From NCBI RefSeq assembly GCF_001194135.2, contig NC_068990.1, positions 29,657,055-29,721,054 on the forward strand: a stretch of DNA of 64,000 nucleotides. Reading direction: 5' to 3'. The notes under the pieces are model-generated. The model was not told the DNA's origin and searched no databases. It saw only the letters and a list, made by a program, of their open reading frames with translations. The translations under genes were made by a program, and so were the position numbers. This document shows positions 13,313-54,000 of this stretch, piece after piece. Within the stretch, counting starts at the first letter, position 1, and every line of letters begins with the position of its first letter. This DNA comes from Octopus bimaculoides (Eukaryota).

Positions 13313-13325
13313 CCACTAGATGGCA
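13313..13325 (+). promoter_or_regulatory. CTCF-like motif CCACTAGATGGCA
   Basis: Close match to the bilaterian CTCF core; single occurrence, could be chance or TE-borne. Confidence 0.25.
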
Positions 13326-15704
13326 ATACTACCAACTTTAAGAAGCCCTGAAACCGATCATAGTGGTCTGTTTATGTCTGGCAAGAGACAGGCAGCACCA
13401 ATTTCTGAAGGCAGATTACAGCTGTTAGTACTTCATTCATATTTTTCTTTTGGCAACCTCAGCAGAATTTTCGGTCAGAATGTAAAGGGATGTAACTAAA
13501 TATCACAAGGCACTTTAACCTCACTCTCAACTAATCCTGCTGTCCACCATCTTTTAGTTGGTAAATATAATAGCAATGACAGTTTACATAGTTTGATACA
13601 TTCATTAAACTACCACCACCACCACCTACTGTGGTGGAGTATATCATTTATATTTCACAATTATACAGCCTGTATCTTCATTGTGTCTTTTCTATATTTC
13701 TATAATCATTGCTCTGATGAACTTTCTGGTCTACTAACCTCTGTCAACACCTTTTAAATGTGTCACCTGCTTCTTTTCCCTGATGCATCAATTCTTTGTT
13801 GAGCTTCTAGTCCTTCTATTCTAATGGCTTCTTTCTTCAAATTGCTGCTCTCTGGAACTCCTTACCCATTGTCTTCTTTTCCTCTGCTCCATGCTATCCA
13901 TTCCTTTAAACCTTTAGGCATTCAAATTACTCCATCAAATCTAATCCTTATTTATTCACATTGTTTTGAATGAATCGGGCATTATCTTTTAGCTTTGAGA
14001 TTTTAATGACTTGATTGCTTATTTTTAGACTGGATAATCCTTTCCACTTCAGGTACAAATCTTGGAATTGTGGGGAAGGGTATTAGTTAATTACATCAAT
14101 CCCAGTACTCGACTGGTACTCATTTTATCAACCCTGAAAGGATGAAAGGCAGAGTATACCTTGGTGGAATTTGAACTCAGAACATAAAGACAGACAAAAT
14201 GCCACTAAGCATTTTGCCCCGTTTGCTAATGATTCTGCCAGCTTGTTACCTTTTTACTGATGATGATAATCATGATTATGATGATGATGTTTTCTACCTT
14301 TTTGTTAGTGAAGCACCCACTACACTCTCAGAGTGGTTGGTGTTAGGAAGGGTATCCAGCTGTAGAAACTTTGCCAGATCAGATTGTAGCCTGGTGCAGC
14401 TTCCCAGGACTTGCCAGTCCTCAGTCAAACCGTCCAACTCATGCCAGCATGGAAAGCTGACGTTAAACAATGACAACGATGATGACCAGCATATAGCTGA
14501 TCAATATTTATTTTATCAACTCCCAAAACCTAAGTCAGTTTCGGTGTACTTCCAGGAGATGAATCTAAATGATGGTTCCTAATACAGGCATAACAAGTTT
14601 CAAAATTTTTTGTGACAGTGGGATTGGATGGAGGGCACAGGAAAATAAATCAACCCCCAGCACTGCTACTGATTTCATTAACCTCCATAGAAAGGAGAGA
14701 TGAAGTACAGTATCAACCTTGGTAGGATTTGAACTCTGAACGTTAAAGAATGTTACCAATTACTCTAAGACATTTTGCCTTCTATGGTACTAATTGTGCT
14801 GATCCACCTTCTTAATTAGAACCATAATGATTTCTAGCATTATTTGTAATAATGTCTTTTATTTGCCACAGGGACATCAGGTGAGAGGAACATTACAAGG
14901 GTAGTTGACAATTTGTGTAGAGGAAGGAATGAAATGGAAATTAGATGTAGTGTAGAAAATATGTGNNNNNNNNNNNNNNNNNNNNNNNNNNNNNNNNNNN
15001 NNNNNNNNNNNNNNNNNNNNNNNNNNNNNNNNNNNNNNNNNNNNNNNNNNNNNNNNNNNNNNNNNNNNNNNNNNNNNNNNNNNNNNNNNNNNNNNNNNNN
15101 NNNNNNNNNNNNNNNNNNNNNNNNNNNNNNNNNNNNNNNNNNNNNNNNNNNNNNNNNNNNNNNNNNNNNNNNNNNNNNNNNNNNNNNNNNNNNNNNNNNN
15201 NNNNNNNNNNNNNNNNNNNNNNNNNNNNNNNNNNNNNNNNNNNNNNNNNNNNNNNNNNNNNNNNNNNNNNNNNNNNNNNNNNNNNNNNNNNNNNNNNNNN
15301 NNNNNNNNNNNNNNNNNNNNNNNNNNNNNNNNNNNNNNNNNNNNNNNNNAACAACTCCAGTAGTTGACAGGTACTTTGTTTTATCAAACCCTGATTGATA
15401 AAAGGTAAAAGCGACCTTGGTAGGATTTGAGCTCAGTAATAATAATAAGTTTCTAATTTAGTTATAAGGTCAGCAATTTTAAGAGGAGGGGTTATTCTTT
15501 TAATTGTTTTAGTCATTTGACTGTGGCCATGCTGGAGCACCGCCTTTAATTACAAATCAACCCCAGGACTTATTCTTTGTAAGCCTAGTACTTATTCTAC
15601 TGGACTCTTTTGCCAAACCGCTAAGTTATGGGGACATAAACACACCAGCATCGGTTGTCAAGCGATGTTGGGGGGACAAACACAAACACACGATCACACA
15701 CACA

Positions 15705-15763
<59 letters not shown>

Positions 15764-16151
15764 GATGGGCTTCTTTCAGTTTCTGTCTACCAAATCCACT
15801 CACAAGGCTTTGGTCAACCTGAGGCTGTAGTAGAAGATACTTGCTGAAGGTGCCATGCAGTGGGACCAAACCCAGAACCATGTGGTTGGTAAGCAAGCTA
15901 CTTAGCACACAGCCACTCCTGCGCATATTCAATTTTATGGCCCAACTACTTGACAGATGAAAGACACACTTGACCTTGGTGGGAGTTGAACTCTGAATGT
16001 AAAGTACTGGAACAAATGTAGTAAGCAGCTGTTTTAGGCAACACTCAATGCTTTAACATCTATTGATGCTTAGAAGGGAATGGCTTTTAATTGTTTCCCT
16101 CCTCCAGTCTGCTTCATGTTTTTATTTGGATTTCTCTGTGATTATTTTCAG

Positions 16152-43600
<27,449 letters not shown>

Positions 43601-44400
43601 AATGCAAACCTCTTCTGCCAATCAATGTCTTTCAGTTGAATTCTTCAAGGACTGTAAAATCCTCACCAATCATCACTGTCTTTTTTTTTTTTATTCAACT
43701 AATTTTCTATGATTCTTCTTTCCACCTCTCTGTCCATATTTGGTGACAACAAATAAGAACAAAAGAAAAACTGTTTTAAACTGAAAGCTGACAGTTGTCA
43801 GAACTGTAAAATAGTTGAAAACTGTAGCTGCAATACTAAACTCCTCTCTATTTAGCTGTTATTTTTTTATAACAAAGGATCTGTTTTCTTTTTTTTAATC
43901 GCTATTATTATTATTACTACTATTATCATTAAAAACACAATCACTATTATTATTATTATTATTATTATAATTTTTACAGTGATGGATATAAAAGGTTTAA
44001 GGACTTCTGAGTGGGTTTGAGTGATATTTTTGCCCTTTCATATAATTAGTAGTTCCTGTTTGATTTATATTTTTATTATTTTTCTAACAGAGACCTCTTT
44101 GTTTATTGACGGACTTTTCTTCAGTTTCTGTTTGATTTTAGACCCAGTTTTTAGCAGTTGTGTTCCATCAATGCTTTGATGCTTATGTTTCCCAACTGAG
44201 GAATATTATTACTAAGACAATATATCAATTGACAAAGGAAAGTTGTTTTTCTTCAAGACTTTTTGCTACATTTTTGTTAATACTCTCTGTTTTTGTTATC
44301 AAATGACAAATTTTAACCTTGGTACCTCTTCAAACCAGCTCTAGATTTAGTTTATTTTTCTTTAAAAAAAAGCAAACAAAACAAACCATAAACTTTGAAC

Positions 44401-44431
<31 letters not shown>

Positions 44432-44649
44432 TCTGTTTTTTTGGTCAATATAAAAACCGTGGCATGTTTTTCTTTAAAGAAATAATTTTTTTATACACTT
44501 TCATCTGCATTCATCAAACTCAGATTTGTGCAGAGATTAAAAAAACAAATCTTTTTCTTAACAACAGTGATAATATTTCTTAATTAATCTCAGAATGTAT
44601 ACAAATAATATATATATATACATTGCAACTACATATTTCTTTTAACTGC

Positions 44650-44655
44650 AATAAA
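44650..44655 (+). terminator. Candidate DCAF6 polyadenylation signal AATAAA at the end of an AT-rich ~1 kb 3' UTR
   Basis: Hexamer followed by T-rich tract; no transcript data. Confidence 0.35.
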
Positions 44656-45156
44656 CCATTTTTTTTTTAAAGCCATGTACTATGACTTTTTCCTTGAGAA
44701 AAAAAAATCTCTCATGTCTGACCTTACTCTAAAGCACTCAGCCATCAACCTTTTTTTCCTATTCTCTTTCATAATCACTTTGTATGTTGATGCTACATTT
44801 CTCTCTCTCTCTCTCAGTGTTTCTAGATGGGCAAACCATGTATTTACCCCTTCAGCAAGACACTCACTCCTGCCCCTCAACCATAATTACTTATCCTTCA
44901 ATACTATACCCCACTTAATTAAGTGGGCTTTGTTTTGTGGGGACTGGGTGAACTCATCAATGGTGACATCATGAAGAAACTCCCACTACAATTTTTAAGG
45001 TAGTTAGTGGTAGGGAGGGTACCCAGCTGTAGAAACCATTACCTAAGTAGATATGTAGATATATATATATAGTTCAAATTTATAGAAAAAGACAAAGACT
45101 GGTGTAGGAACAACAAGCAGGAGTTTTAGTTTAATACTTGGGAAAAATCGGAAAGT

Positions 45157-45192
45157 CTTTTATGTTTTGAGCCTACGCTCTTCAACAGAAAG
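45157..45192 (-). ncRNA. Decayed minimal hammerhead motif
   Basis: cttt-CTGTTGA-a-gagc(gtag)gctc-AAA-ACAT-A-aaag; two CG>CA changes from GAA-ACGT-A, plus A6U. Confidence 0.45.
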
Positions 45193-45309
45193 GAAAAAAA
45201 TGGAGAGAGAATGCCAGACCATCCAACCCATGCCAGCATGGACAATGGACATTAAATGATGATTACTGATCTGATAATCTCGGGCTGGCAGGATTTGGTT
45301 GTTTTATAG

Positions 45310-45540
45310 CCAAAGCTGTATCTGGTACAAACATCTGTGACATAAGACTATGAACTGAAAGATTCACTTCTTGACAGGAATTACCTGCCATCCTTAATCA
45401 ATAATGGAATTCAATAAACTCAGAACTTCAGTATCTGGGATCTTAGACAAAGCAAAACAAAGAAACAAGCCGAAATCGAAAATCCCACAATACATCTCCA
45501 CCAACAACCCTCAAAACAATAAAATACTCAGAATAAAATG
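45310..45540 (+). mobile_element. Penelope RT thumb/linker fragment
   Basis: Translates as LKDSLLDRNYLPSLINNGI, resembling LKNVLEDRHYPTQFINEGI of the 27-kb element. Confidence 0.55.
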
Positions 45541-46269
45541 AGCTTTACATTAGACGAATAAAAAAAAAAACCACCTTAGGCCAATGAATGACCCTGGATA
45601 AATTGCAAATCAAAATACAGAAGAATAGGAGTCGGTGAAAAGACACACATGGGTAGGTCTCACTTTGGGATGTTTTTTTCCCCCTCTCTATAAATTAGAT
45701 GGTAATATGACTCAACTCCAACACATTAACAAACAATTACGAGAGCTGCATTATTTGTGAAGAAGAGGTCCAGGACTTTTAAAACATTTTTACCACTTTC
45801 TCTTGTTTGGTGGAATACTATTTGCTTCATAAAAGCATATTTGTTAAGGTCAAGCAGAGACTCTACCTGTCTCTGCTCATGTAGTGACATACCTGAGAGG
45901 AGATGACCCTAGGGCCACACAATGTTGGGGAGTTTGAATTCTCCTAGAAGTAAGTGAAGGCTGTCATCTCGGATGGTTAATACACTTCCATCATTTTGAG
46001 GCTCTTTTTGAATGAGCCCCCAAGAGTTGGGGTATTTGGAGGGCAATATGTATCAGGGTGCTCAGTAAGTAACTGTGTTTTTACCAGAAAGGATACAAAT
46101 ACAAATATAAACTACATTTATCTGAATAGTTTTAATCAAGAACATAATCACCATCGTTTTCGATGACTGCAGCCCAACAGGAAAGTAACTTTTGTATGTC
46201 ACGCTCAAAGAAACCTATTTCTTTTGCAGAAAATATCTATATCTATCTATCTATCTATCTCTATATATA

Positions 46270-46624
46270 GTAACGTTTTTTTCCCCACTATAACATGGCT
46301 GTTCTATAAAGAACTATATTATTACATTTTAACCCCAGGAAAACATCTTTTCCAGCTGCTTAACAACACACAACCTGTGGGTGCGATATATTGTAAGGGA
46401 GCAAATGACTCCCCTCCAGCTTGGCAACACCAGTAGAGTATGGTTTTGGGGTCTTTACCCTTCATCAGTACTGGATACCTGCCTGCTAGAGATAGCAGTC
46501 AATCGTTCCTACTCACAATATATAAACAGAGAAGTGGCAGAAAGCTGCTGATCTCGTAAACAGCAAATGTAATCACATGGTTCTTTATAGAACAGCCATG
46601 TTATAGGGGCAAAAGAAACGTTAC
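46270..46624. repeat. 45-bp inverted repeat (27-bp perfect core) bounding a hammerhead-containing segment
   Basis: ctataacatggctgttctataaagaac vs gttctttatagaacagccatgttatag. Confidence 0.8.
46430..46474 (-). ncRNA. Decayed hammerhead motif inside an inverted-repeat-bounded element
   Basis: ccagta-CTGATGA-a-gggt(aaag)accc-c-AAAAC…tc-tactgg; 6-bp helix I intact, GAAA and helix III mutated. Confidence 0.45.
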
Positions 46625-47628
46625 CGTCTAATATTGTTATTACTTATATCTCGTTTAGAGGTTTTAGAACCAGCTATTTTGCTTGTTATATCGGGCTTGA
46701 GGAGACCTATTGAGTCAAGTAAAATAAAAAATCAGAATCTCAAATCAAAAATAGAATTGTAGTTGAGGCCAATGCCAGTGCCGCCTGACTGACTGACTCC
46801 TGTTCTGGTGGCGCATGAAAAGCACCATCCAAATGTGGTCAATGCTAGTACTCCTGCCCCGACTGGCTCCTGTGCCAGTAGCATTTAAAAAGCACCATCC
46901 GAACGTGGCCGATACCAGTACTGGTTGACTGGCTCTTGTGCCGGTGGCATGTAAAAAGCACCCACTACACTCTCGGAGTGATTGGCATTGGGAAGGGCAT
47001 CCAGCTGTAGAAACATTGCCAGATCAGATTGGAGCCTTGTGCAGCCTTCGGGCTGGCCAGTCCCCAGTCAAACAATCCAACCTATGCCAGCATGGAAAAC
47101 GGATGTTAAATGATGATGATATGTATGTATATATATATATAAAATGGATGAATGAATAATCCTTTGTTTACAGTTAACATGGAAAATTCAATAAACATAC
47201 ATGGACATAAAGAAAGAATGAGGAGATTTAACAAAAACCTATGGAATTTCAGAGTTTATCCACTGGGTGGGTTGGTTTCCTGCAATGGCTGTGGTCAGGT
47301 AGCAAGTTTCTGACCCAAGTATTAAAAGATGTGAAGAGATCTAATAAACCGTCCTCCCCCGAAACATTACAATTTCCACCTCATGCTATTTATTCCGACT
47401 TTCATTGAACTGCTTTTATCAACAGACATAACATCCTTAAATTCTTGAAGCTCTAGGGAGGAGGGGAGTTTTGCTATTCCCTGTGCGTGATGCTGTGATG
47501 TTAATTCAAGTGACAAGAGAAACAAAATATAAAAACAATAATTGAATAAAAAAAAAATAATAAAATTTATTTAGAAGATATTTTTAAAAATATTATTTAA
47601 AAGATATATCTCATTTAAAAGACACATT

Positions 47629-47662
<34 letters not shown>

Positions 47663-47813
47663 CACACACACACAACACATAAATAAATGCATGTGGGCAT
47701 AAAAAAAATGAATCTGATGATATGATAAAATTATAATAATGTTAATTTTTCTATTTTTGGTTTTTCTTTAGAAAAATAGATGTCTCTGTTGTTGAGTGTA
47801 ACTTGTCTGTTTG

Positions 47814-48025
47814 TCAACATGTAAATACCGGAAGCATTGACTCGGCAAGTTCTTCCGGTGGCGGCAGCTTCCACTGAACTTTCCGTCCGTATTCATAAAG
47901 ATTTTTAATGACATTCTTGATGTGGTTTTCGCCTTTCTTGGCCATTTCCTCGTACAAGCGATACAAACGCAGGGCGCTACGTGCGTCTTCTATTGAGTCA
48001 TGGGTGAAAGACTGGATATCCATTT
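47814..48025 (-). CDS. PAN2: PAN2 last coding exon ([22 protein letters not shown]…[19 protein letters not shown])
   Basis: attttcag acceptor; TGA at 47814-47816; Exo III motif. Confidence 0.96.
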
Positions 48026-51000
48026 CTGAAAATAGATTAGGCTCAGCAAATAGCTTTAACTTATCAACAATAATAAACAGTAACCCCTTTCCTGCTTCTG
48101 TTCATTATTAATTTAACCCTTTGCCATTCAGATTCCTTTGTCAAATGTGATGCTCATTTAGTCACTTTATTTTTAATTAATTATGATGTTAACCCTTTCA
48201 TTACCAACCTCGCTGAAACCAGCTCTGGCTCTGTAGTACAAATGTCTAGTTTTCATAAGTTTGGAATTAAAATCTTTCACCAAAACTTAGTCACAATTTA
48301 TGCTCCTAACACTAGCTTAATGATAACTAAGTTATTTTACTAATTTCTTTGTTATATTTAAAATTAATTGAAAGAAACACAGAGCATCACTGGTTTACAA
48401 GTAACTGCAACCCTGCTGGTGCTGCATAAAAAGCAGTCAGTCCACCTGTAAAGTGACCAGCATTAGGAAGGGCACCCAACCATAGAAACCATGCCTGATG
48501 CAGTTCACTGGCTTGCCAGCTCCAGTCAAACTGTCCAACCCATACCAGAATGGGAAACAGATGATGATGATGATAAATGAGCTTCTTCTGGTAATAAAAG
48601 CTGGGTCAGAGATTTGGTTCACCAAATCTCTGGAAATAAGTTGATTATGAAATCTTTGCATTTCACAAATTAAAGTCATCAATTAACAGACATTATAACA
48701 ATGAAAATTAATTACAGTAATAAAAACACTAGACAAATAGGAAATAAAAAAAAGGTGTTTCTCACTAACTTAGAAAGTAGCGAACCAAAAACTTGAGTGA
48801 TATGTTTCTTTGCCTCGGCTGCCGTAATAGTTCGACTGTATCAACAATTTGTTTCTTTGGGACCTACACAAAAATGGAAAATAACAAAGTATTCACAGAA
48901 CATCACAATTTCTTCAAATCAGACAGTTTGAGTAAATACTAGGCAATTCCCGCTGTGAAGATTAATTGGTTGAAAGCTCATGTCTGAGAATTAGTGATCC
49001 AGAATAATCGATAAGAGGTCCTCTCAAGGCAAATCATGCAATGTTCTGTGTTTGAACATACACACACACACGTGTCGGTGGCACGCAAAAAGCACCATTC
49101 GAGCATGGTCGTTGCCAGTGCCGCCTGACTGGCTCCCATGCCAGTGGCACGTAAAAAGCACCATTCAAGCATGGTTGATGCCAGTACTGCCTGACTGGCT
49201 CCTGTGCTGGTGGCACATAAAAAGCACTCACTACACTCTCAGAGTGGTTGGTGTTAGGAAGGGTATCCAGCAGTAGAAACCTTGCCAGATCANNNNNNNN
49301 NNCACTCACTACACTCTCAGAGTGGTTGGTGTTAGGAAGGGTATCCAGCAGTAGAAACCTTGCCAGATCAGATTGGAGCCTGGTGCAGCCTCCTGGCTTG
49401 CCACTCCTCAGTCAAACTGCCCAACCCATGCCAGCATGGAAAGCGGATGTTAAACAATGATGATGATGATATATATATATACATATATGAGGGGAGCTTT
49501 TCACTTAGTTGATTGGCACATGAAAAATAGCAGCCAAGTCTCCCTCAAATCAAACTTTACCATTTTAAACAGAAAACACTTAATTACTCAGACACAAAAA
49601 CGCTGAAAAAAATACATGTTGGTCATGGATGGACTCTTTTTGCAAGTAGGTTTTTCTTATCAAATGACATGTATGCATGTATATGTGTTTGTATAGGCAT
49701 GTAACGTGTGTGCGTGTAAAAATCAATGGAATATGCGTAAATCTGAAGGTTTTGCTATTTACTGAAATGTTGATAACTCTGAAGTCTTTTTTAAGTCCAT
49801 GGCCGACAAAGCAAACGCCTTGGTCTACGAGGTATCGGAGTTTCATGTACGTTGACTTGAGCGTGGTTAAATGTTTTGTGGAAACGGAAGCAATGAGATC
49901 GTCAGGTTTAATGCCGGAATACTCCGTCAGATAGTCGACAACTTGTTCCTGCATGGCGATATAGTCATCAATGAAAGGTTCACCGTGGAGAGGGCCATAT
50001 CTGGATTGGGAAGAAATAGAAAGAAAAAAAACTCATAAAAATAATGACGGTTATTTATAGTTTGTGTGGGGAAATGTAATGAGATGTGGTAATGTGTAGG
50101 AGAGAGAGAGAGAGGTAGGTACAGTGATTGAAGATGTTGCGTGATGTAGAATGGCGTAAGGTTATGAAACTTGGAGCAGATAATAAAAGGATACCCACGC
50201 AATATCAGGAGAATATAGTGGATGGGGTCAATTCTTTGATTTTTTTGGTTCAAATTAGCCAGATGACAATAGTACACATCAGAATTAATGGTCTGGTTTC
50301 GTGGGAGAAGCTCATAATAAATAATGCCTTTATGATCCCACCAAACACAAAACAACTTTTTTGGCATGGATGTTCGTCTTTGGTTGCTGTTTTGGGTGTT
50401 CCTTACACAAACTCCAGGATCTGTTTCACACTATGTTTTTGTACACAATCTATTTTTCATCTCCAGTCACAAGTTCTTTAAAAAAAGGCAGGCTTTCATT
50501 CCATTTCAAAAGCATATCACAAACTGAATACTGGTCCAAGCAATGCTTTTCTGAGAGTTTGTGAGGGACCCATACATTATAGCAAGAAATGTATCCTAGC
50601 TTCACTAGATGTTCACGAGCCATACTTTTAGAAATTTCCAACTCCTCTGCAAGTTCTCTCGTCGTCATATTTGAGTTTTCTTTGATTTTTGCCATCGAAA
50701 CATCTTCATCCAATTTTGAAGGTCTTCCACTGCGGCTGTCGTCTTCCAAGCTAAACTCCCCAGCTTTTAAATTTTGCAAACCACCTTCAAACAGTTGATT
50801 CACCTACAGCAGCATCATCATTACCATAATCTTCACAAATGTTTTTGCAAGTCTTTGCAGCATTTTCTCCTTTTTTAAAAAAGGAAAGCATTACAATGTG
50901 AACATGAGATTTCTGGTTCTCCATTTCAAATGTCAATAAAGGGGAATCCGAATGAACGATAAATCTATTTTTAATCAAGAACAAAGAAGAGATGCACTAC

Positions 51001-54000
51001 CACTTCAAGCAATGCCAAAGTTTTAACTGTTTTACATTTCAGGTGTGTTCAATGAAGCGTTAAAGGATTTAGCTTGAAAACGCTCAGAACTTTCCAGATA
51101 ACCTAAAATATATATACATATATTCACACACATGTGTGTATGTGTGAAACCCACATGCAGTGTTGTCATCTACTGTCAACAAATCAACTCATTTTGTACT
51201 TTCAAAGACATAAAATCCATTCCTAGCTAAAAGAAAGTAAGGGACTTCTTTATTTCACACTTGAAAAGCAAGCAAGGGTTAATGACAGGAAGGGCATCTG
51301 GCTGTAAAACAATGCCTGACTAATAAAGATTCATCTAACCCATGCTAGCATGAAAAAAACAAGTGTAAAACAGAAGAAAGAATGAATAGTATAACTCACC
51401 CTCGAACACAGGTCAATCGAGCAAGTGCAAGGTGTGAAGGTTTCAATGTAGATCGTGTTCCATCACTTTTTAGTTCTGCTTGTTCCTGTCAGAAATTGGA
51501 AACAGAAAATATTACTTACTACAATCAAAAACAACAAATTATACCAAAGATTCTCAACCACAGCTCCCAGGGCCACATGCGGCCCTCAACAATCTTCCCT
51601 CTATAAATATAATAAGTTTTTCTTTAATTGACTTACGTTTGACTTCTTTGGGCACAACCCAGGTTTTGTTGAGAGCCACTGGATTAGACACGGAATCTGT
51701 TAGTTTCTCTTAAAACATTGGGTTTAGATTTTTATTTATTTATTACACAGGNNNNNNNNNNAGTATAACTCACCCTCGAACACAGGTCAATCGAGCAAGT
51801 GCAAGGTGTGAAGGTTTCAATGTAGATCGTGTTCCATCACTTTTTAGTTCTGCTTGTTCCTGTCAGAAATTGGAAACAGAAAATATTACTTACTACAATC
51901 AAAAACAACAAATTATACCAAAGATTCTCAACCACAGCTCCCAGGGCCACATGCGGCCCTCAACAATCTTCCCTCTATAAATATAATAAGTTTTTCTTTA
52001 ATTGACTTACGTTTGACTTCTTTGGGCACAACCCAGGTTTTGTTGAGAGCCACTGGATTAGACACGGAATCTGTTAGTTTCTCTTAAAACATTGGGTTTA
52101 GATTTTTATTTATTTATTACACAGGTATTGAGAGAGAACATTATTTACATTTGACGGATATTTGTCCTCGTCTTGTTTGTTGTTAACACAATGTTTCGGC
52201 TGGTATACCCTCCAGCCTTCATCATGTGTTTTGGGGACATTTCGAACCTGGGTTCTCATTCCACTACACAATATGCCCACAGGCATATGGCGTAGTAGTT
52301 AAGAACGCGGGCTACTAACCCCAAGATTCCGAGTTTGATTCCAAGCAGTGCACTGAACAGCAACAACAACACCTTAGGAATGAGAACCCAGGTTCGAAAT
52401 TTCCCCAAGACACCTGATGAAGGCTGGAGGGTATATTAGCCGAAACATTGTGTTAACAACAAACAAGATGAGAACAAATATCTATCATAATTCCTCATCT
52501 CTTAAATATAGAACTGTATTGAGAGAGAAGTTGGGCATAAGAGGAATTAGATGCAATGTGCAAGAGAGGAGACTGCAGTGGAGTGGTCATGTGATGCAGA
52601 TGGATGAGGACAGTTGCATAAAAAAGAGCCAATCCCTCAAAGTGGAGGGAAGTTGATGAAGAAAGTGACCCAGGAAGACATGGGATGAAGTACTGAACCA
52701 TACAAAGGAGATGAAAGAGGACCGAGATATGTAGCACAAGACCTGCCCACCACAACAGAACTGAGATCCTAAAACCAAGGTGCCATATAAAAAGCATTGG
52801 TGCCGGTTCCACATAAAAAGCACTCAGTATGCTCTGTGGATTGGTTGGCATAAGGAAGGGCATACAGCTGTAGTAACCAAATAAAAACAGAGCATGGAAC
52901 CTGGAGTGCTCCAGGCCTCACCAGTTCCTGTCAAGATGTCCAACACATGGCAGCATGGAAAAGTGGACAGTCCATCTATAATTATGACAAAATTTCATAT
53001 TTAATTCTTCACTTTACTAGAAAAGTCCTGTGACAATGAATATCTGCACACACACATGCGCGCACGTGCAAGGACAATTATTTGATGAGTCAACAATCAG
53101 GAGCCACCACATGACTGCCTGATCTGCTAGAAATAGCAACCAAATCATTTTCAGATTCACTATCTGTGAAATGAATACATTGCAGTCCTAGACATACTAT
53201 GATAGGATGGTCGTTGCAGGTAGCCCTCTCCTTTCTTTGATCTGGTCACAGTTGAATCCCTTTGATGTTAGGTCTGCCCAACCAGTCCTGGAGGAGGACG
53301 ATGACCACCACCACCAACAACAGTTATCTGAATGTAAACCAGTAGCAGGAATAAGTAAAGGCCTTACCTGATCTAATGAGACAAACTCTGCATCCAGGGC
53401 GACCAGAGACCCTCTTTTGGGGATTTCATCTGGGGTTAATGGAATAAAGGTCTTCTCTGTAATTTTAGGGTTCACAACTCCACTTTGGTCCAAAAGAACA
53501 TCTGATGTGATGGGGTTTTGCACTGGAAAAATTAAATGAGAAATCACAAATCATAAAACTAGTTGGCACTTTTGTGCTTCCATACTATAGCAAAGTATAA
53601 GTCAAGGAGGCTGTCTATAGGTCAGTCAACTTGGTAGAAATAGCAGCCAGATTGGTGTCAAATCACATTGTATTGTCTTAATAAAAGGGCACACAATACA
53701 ATATGGCCCCTGGTATAAAGTAAGATGAGATGGTCATAGCTGAAACCCTCTTTCTTCATTGGTGTACTCAGTTAGCATTACTTAGGGCTAAACAGCAACT
53801 ATGCAAACAATACACCACAACTATGTTTCTCAAACTAACAAGGCAGCTCTTCTACGTCATTTAATCAGCTAGAAATAGCAGTTAAATCAACCTGCTAAAT
53901 ATAGCAACCAAATCTCTCAAATCACATTCCAGTACATTAAAATGAGGTCTTATTGGATAATGTGGCCTTAGATAGATTGCCTGAATAATAAATGGGATGG

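Noticed and set aside
49225-49370. 68-bp tandem duplication
   Set aside because: Exact copy across a 10-N gap, i.e. unmerged contig overlap.
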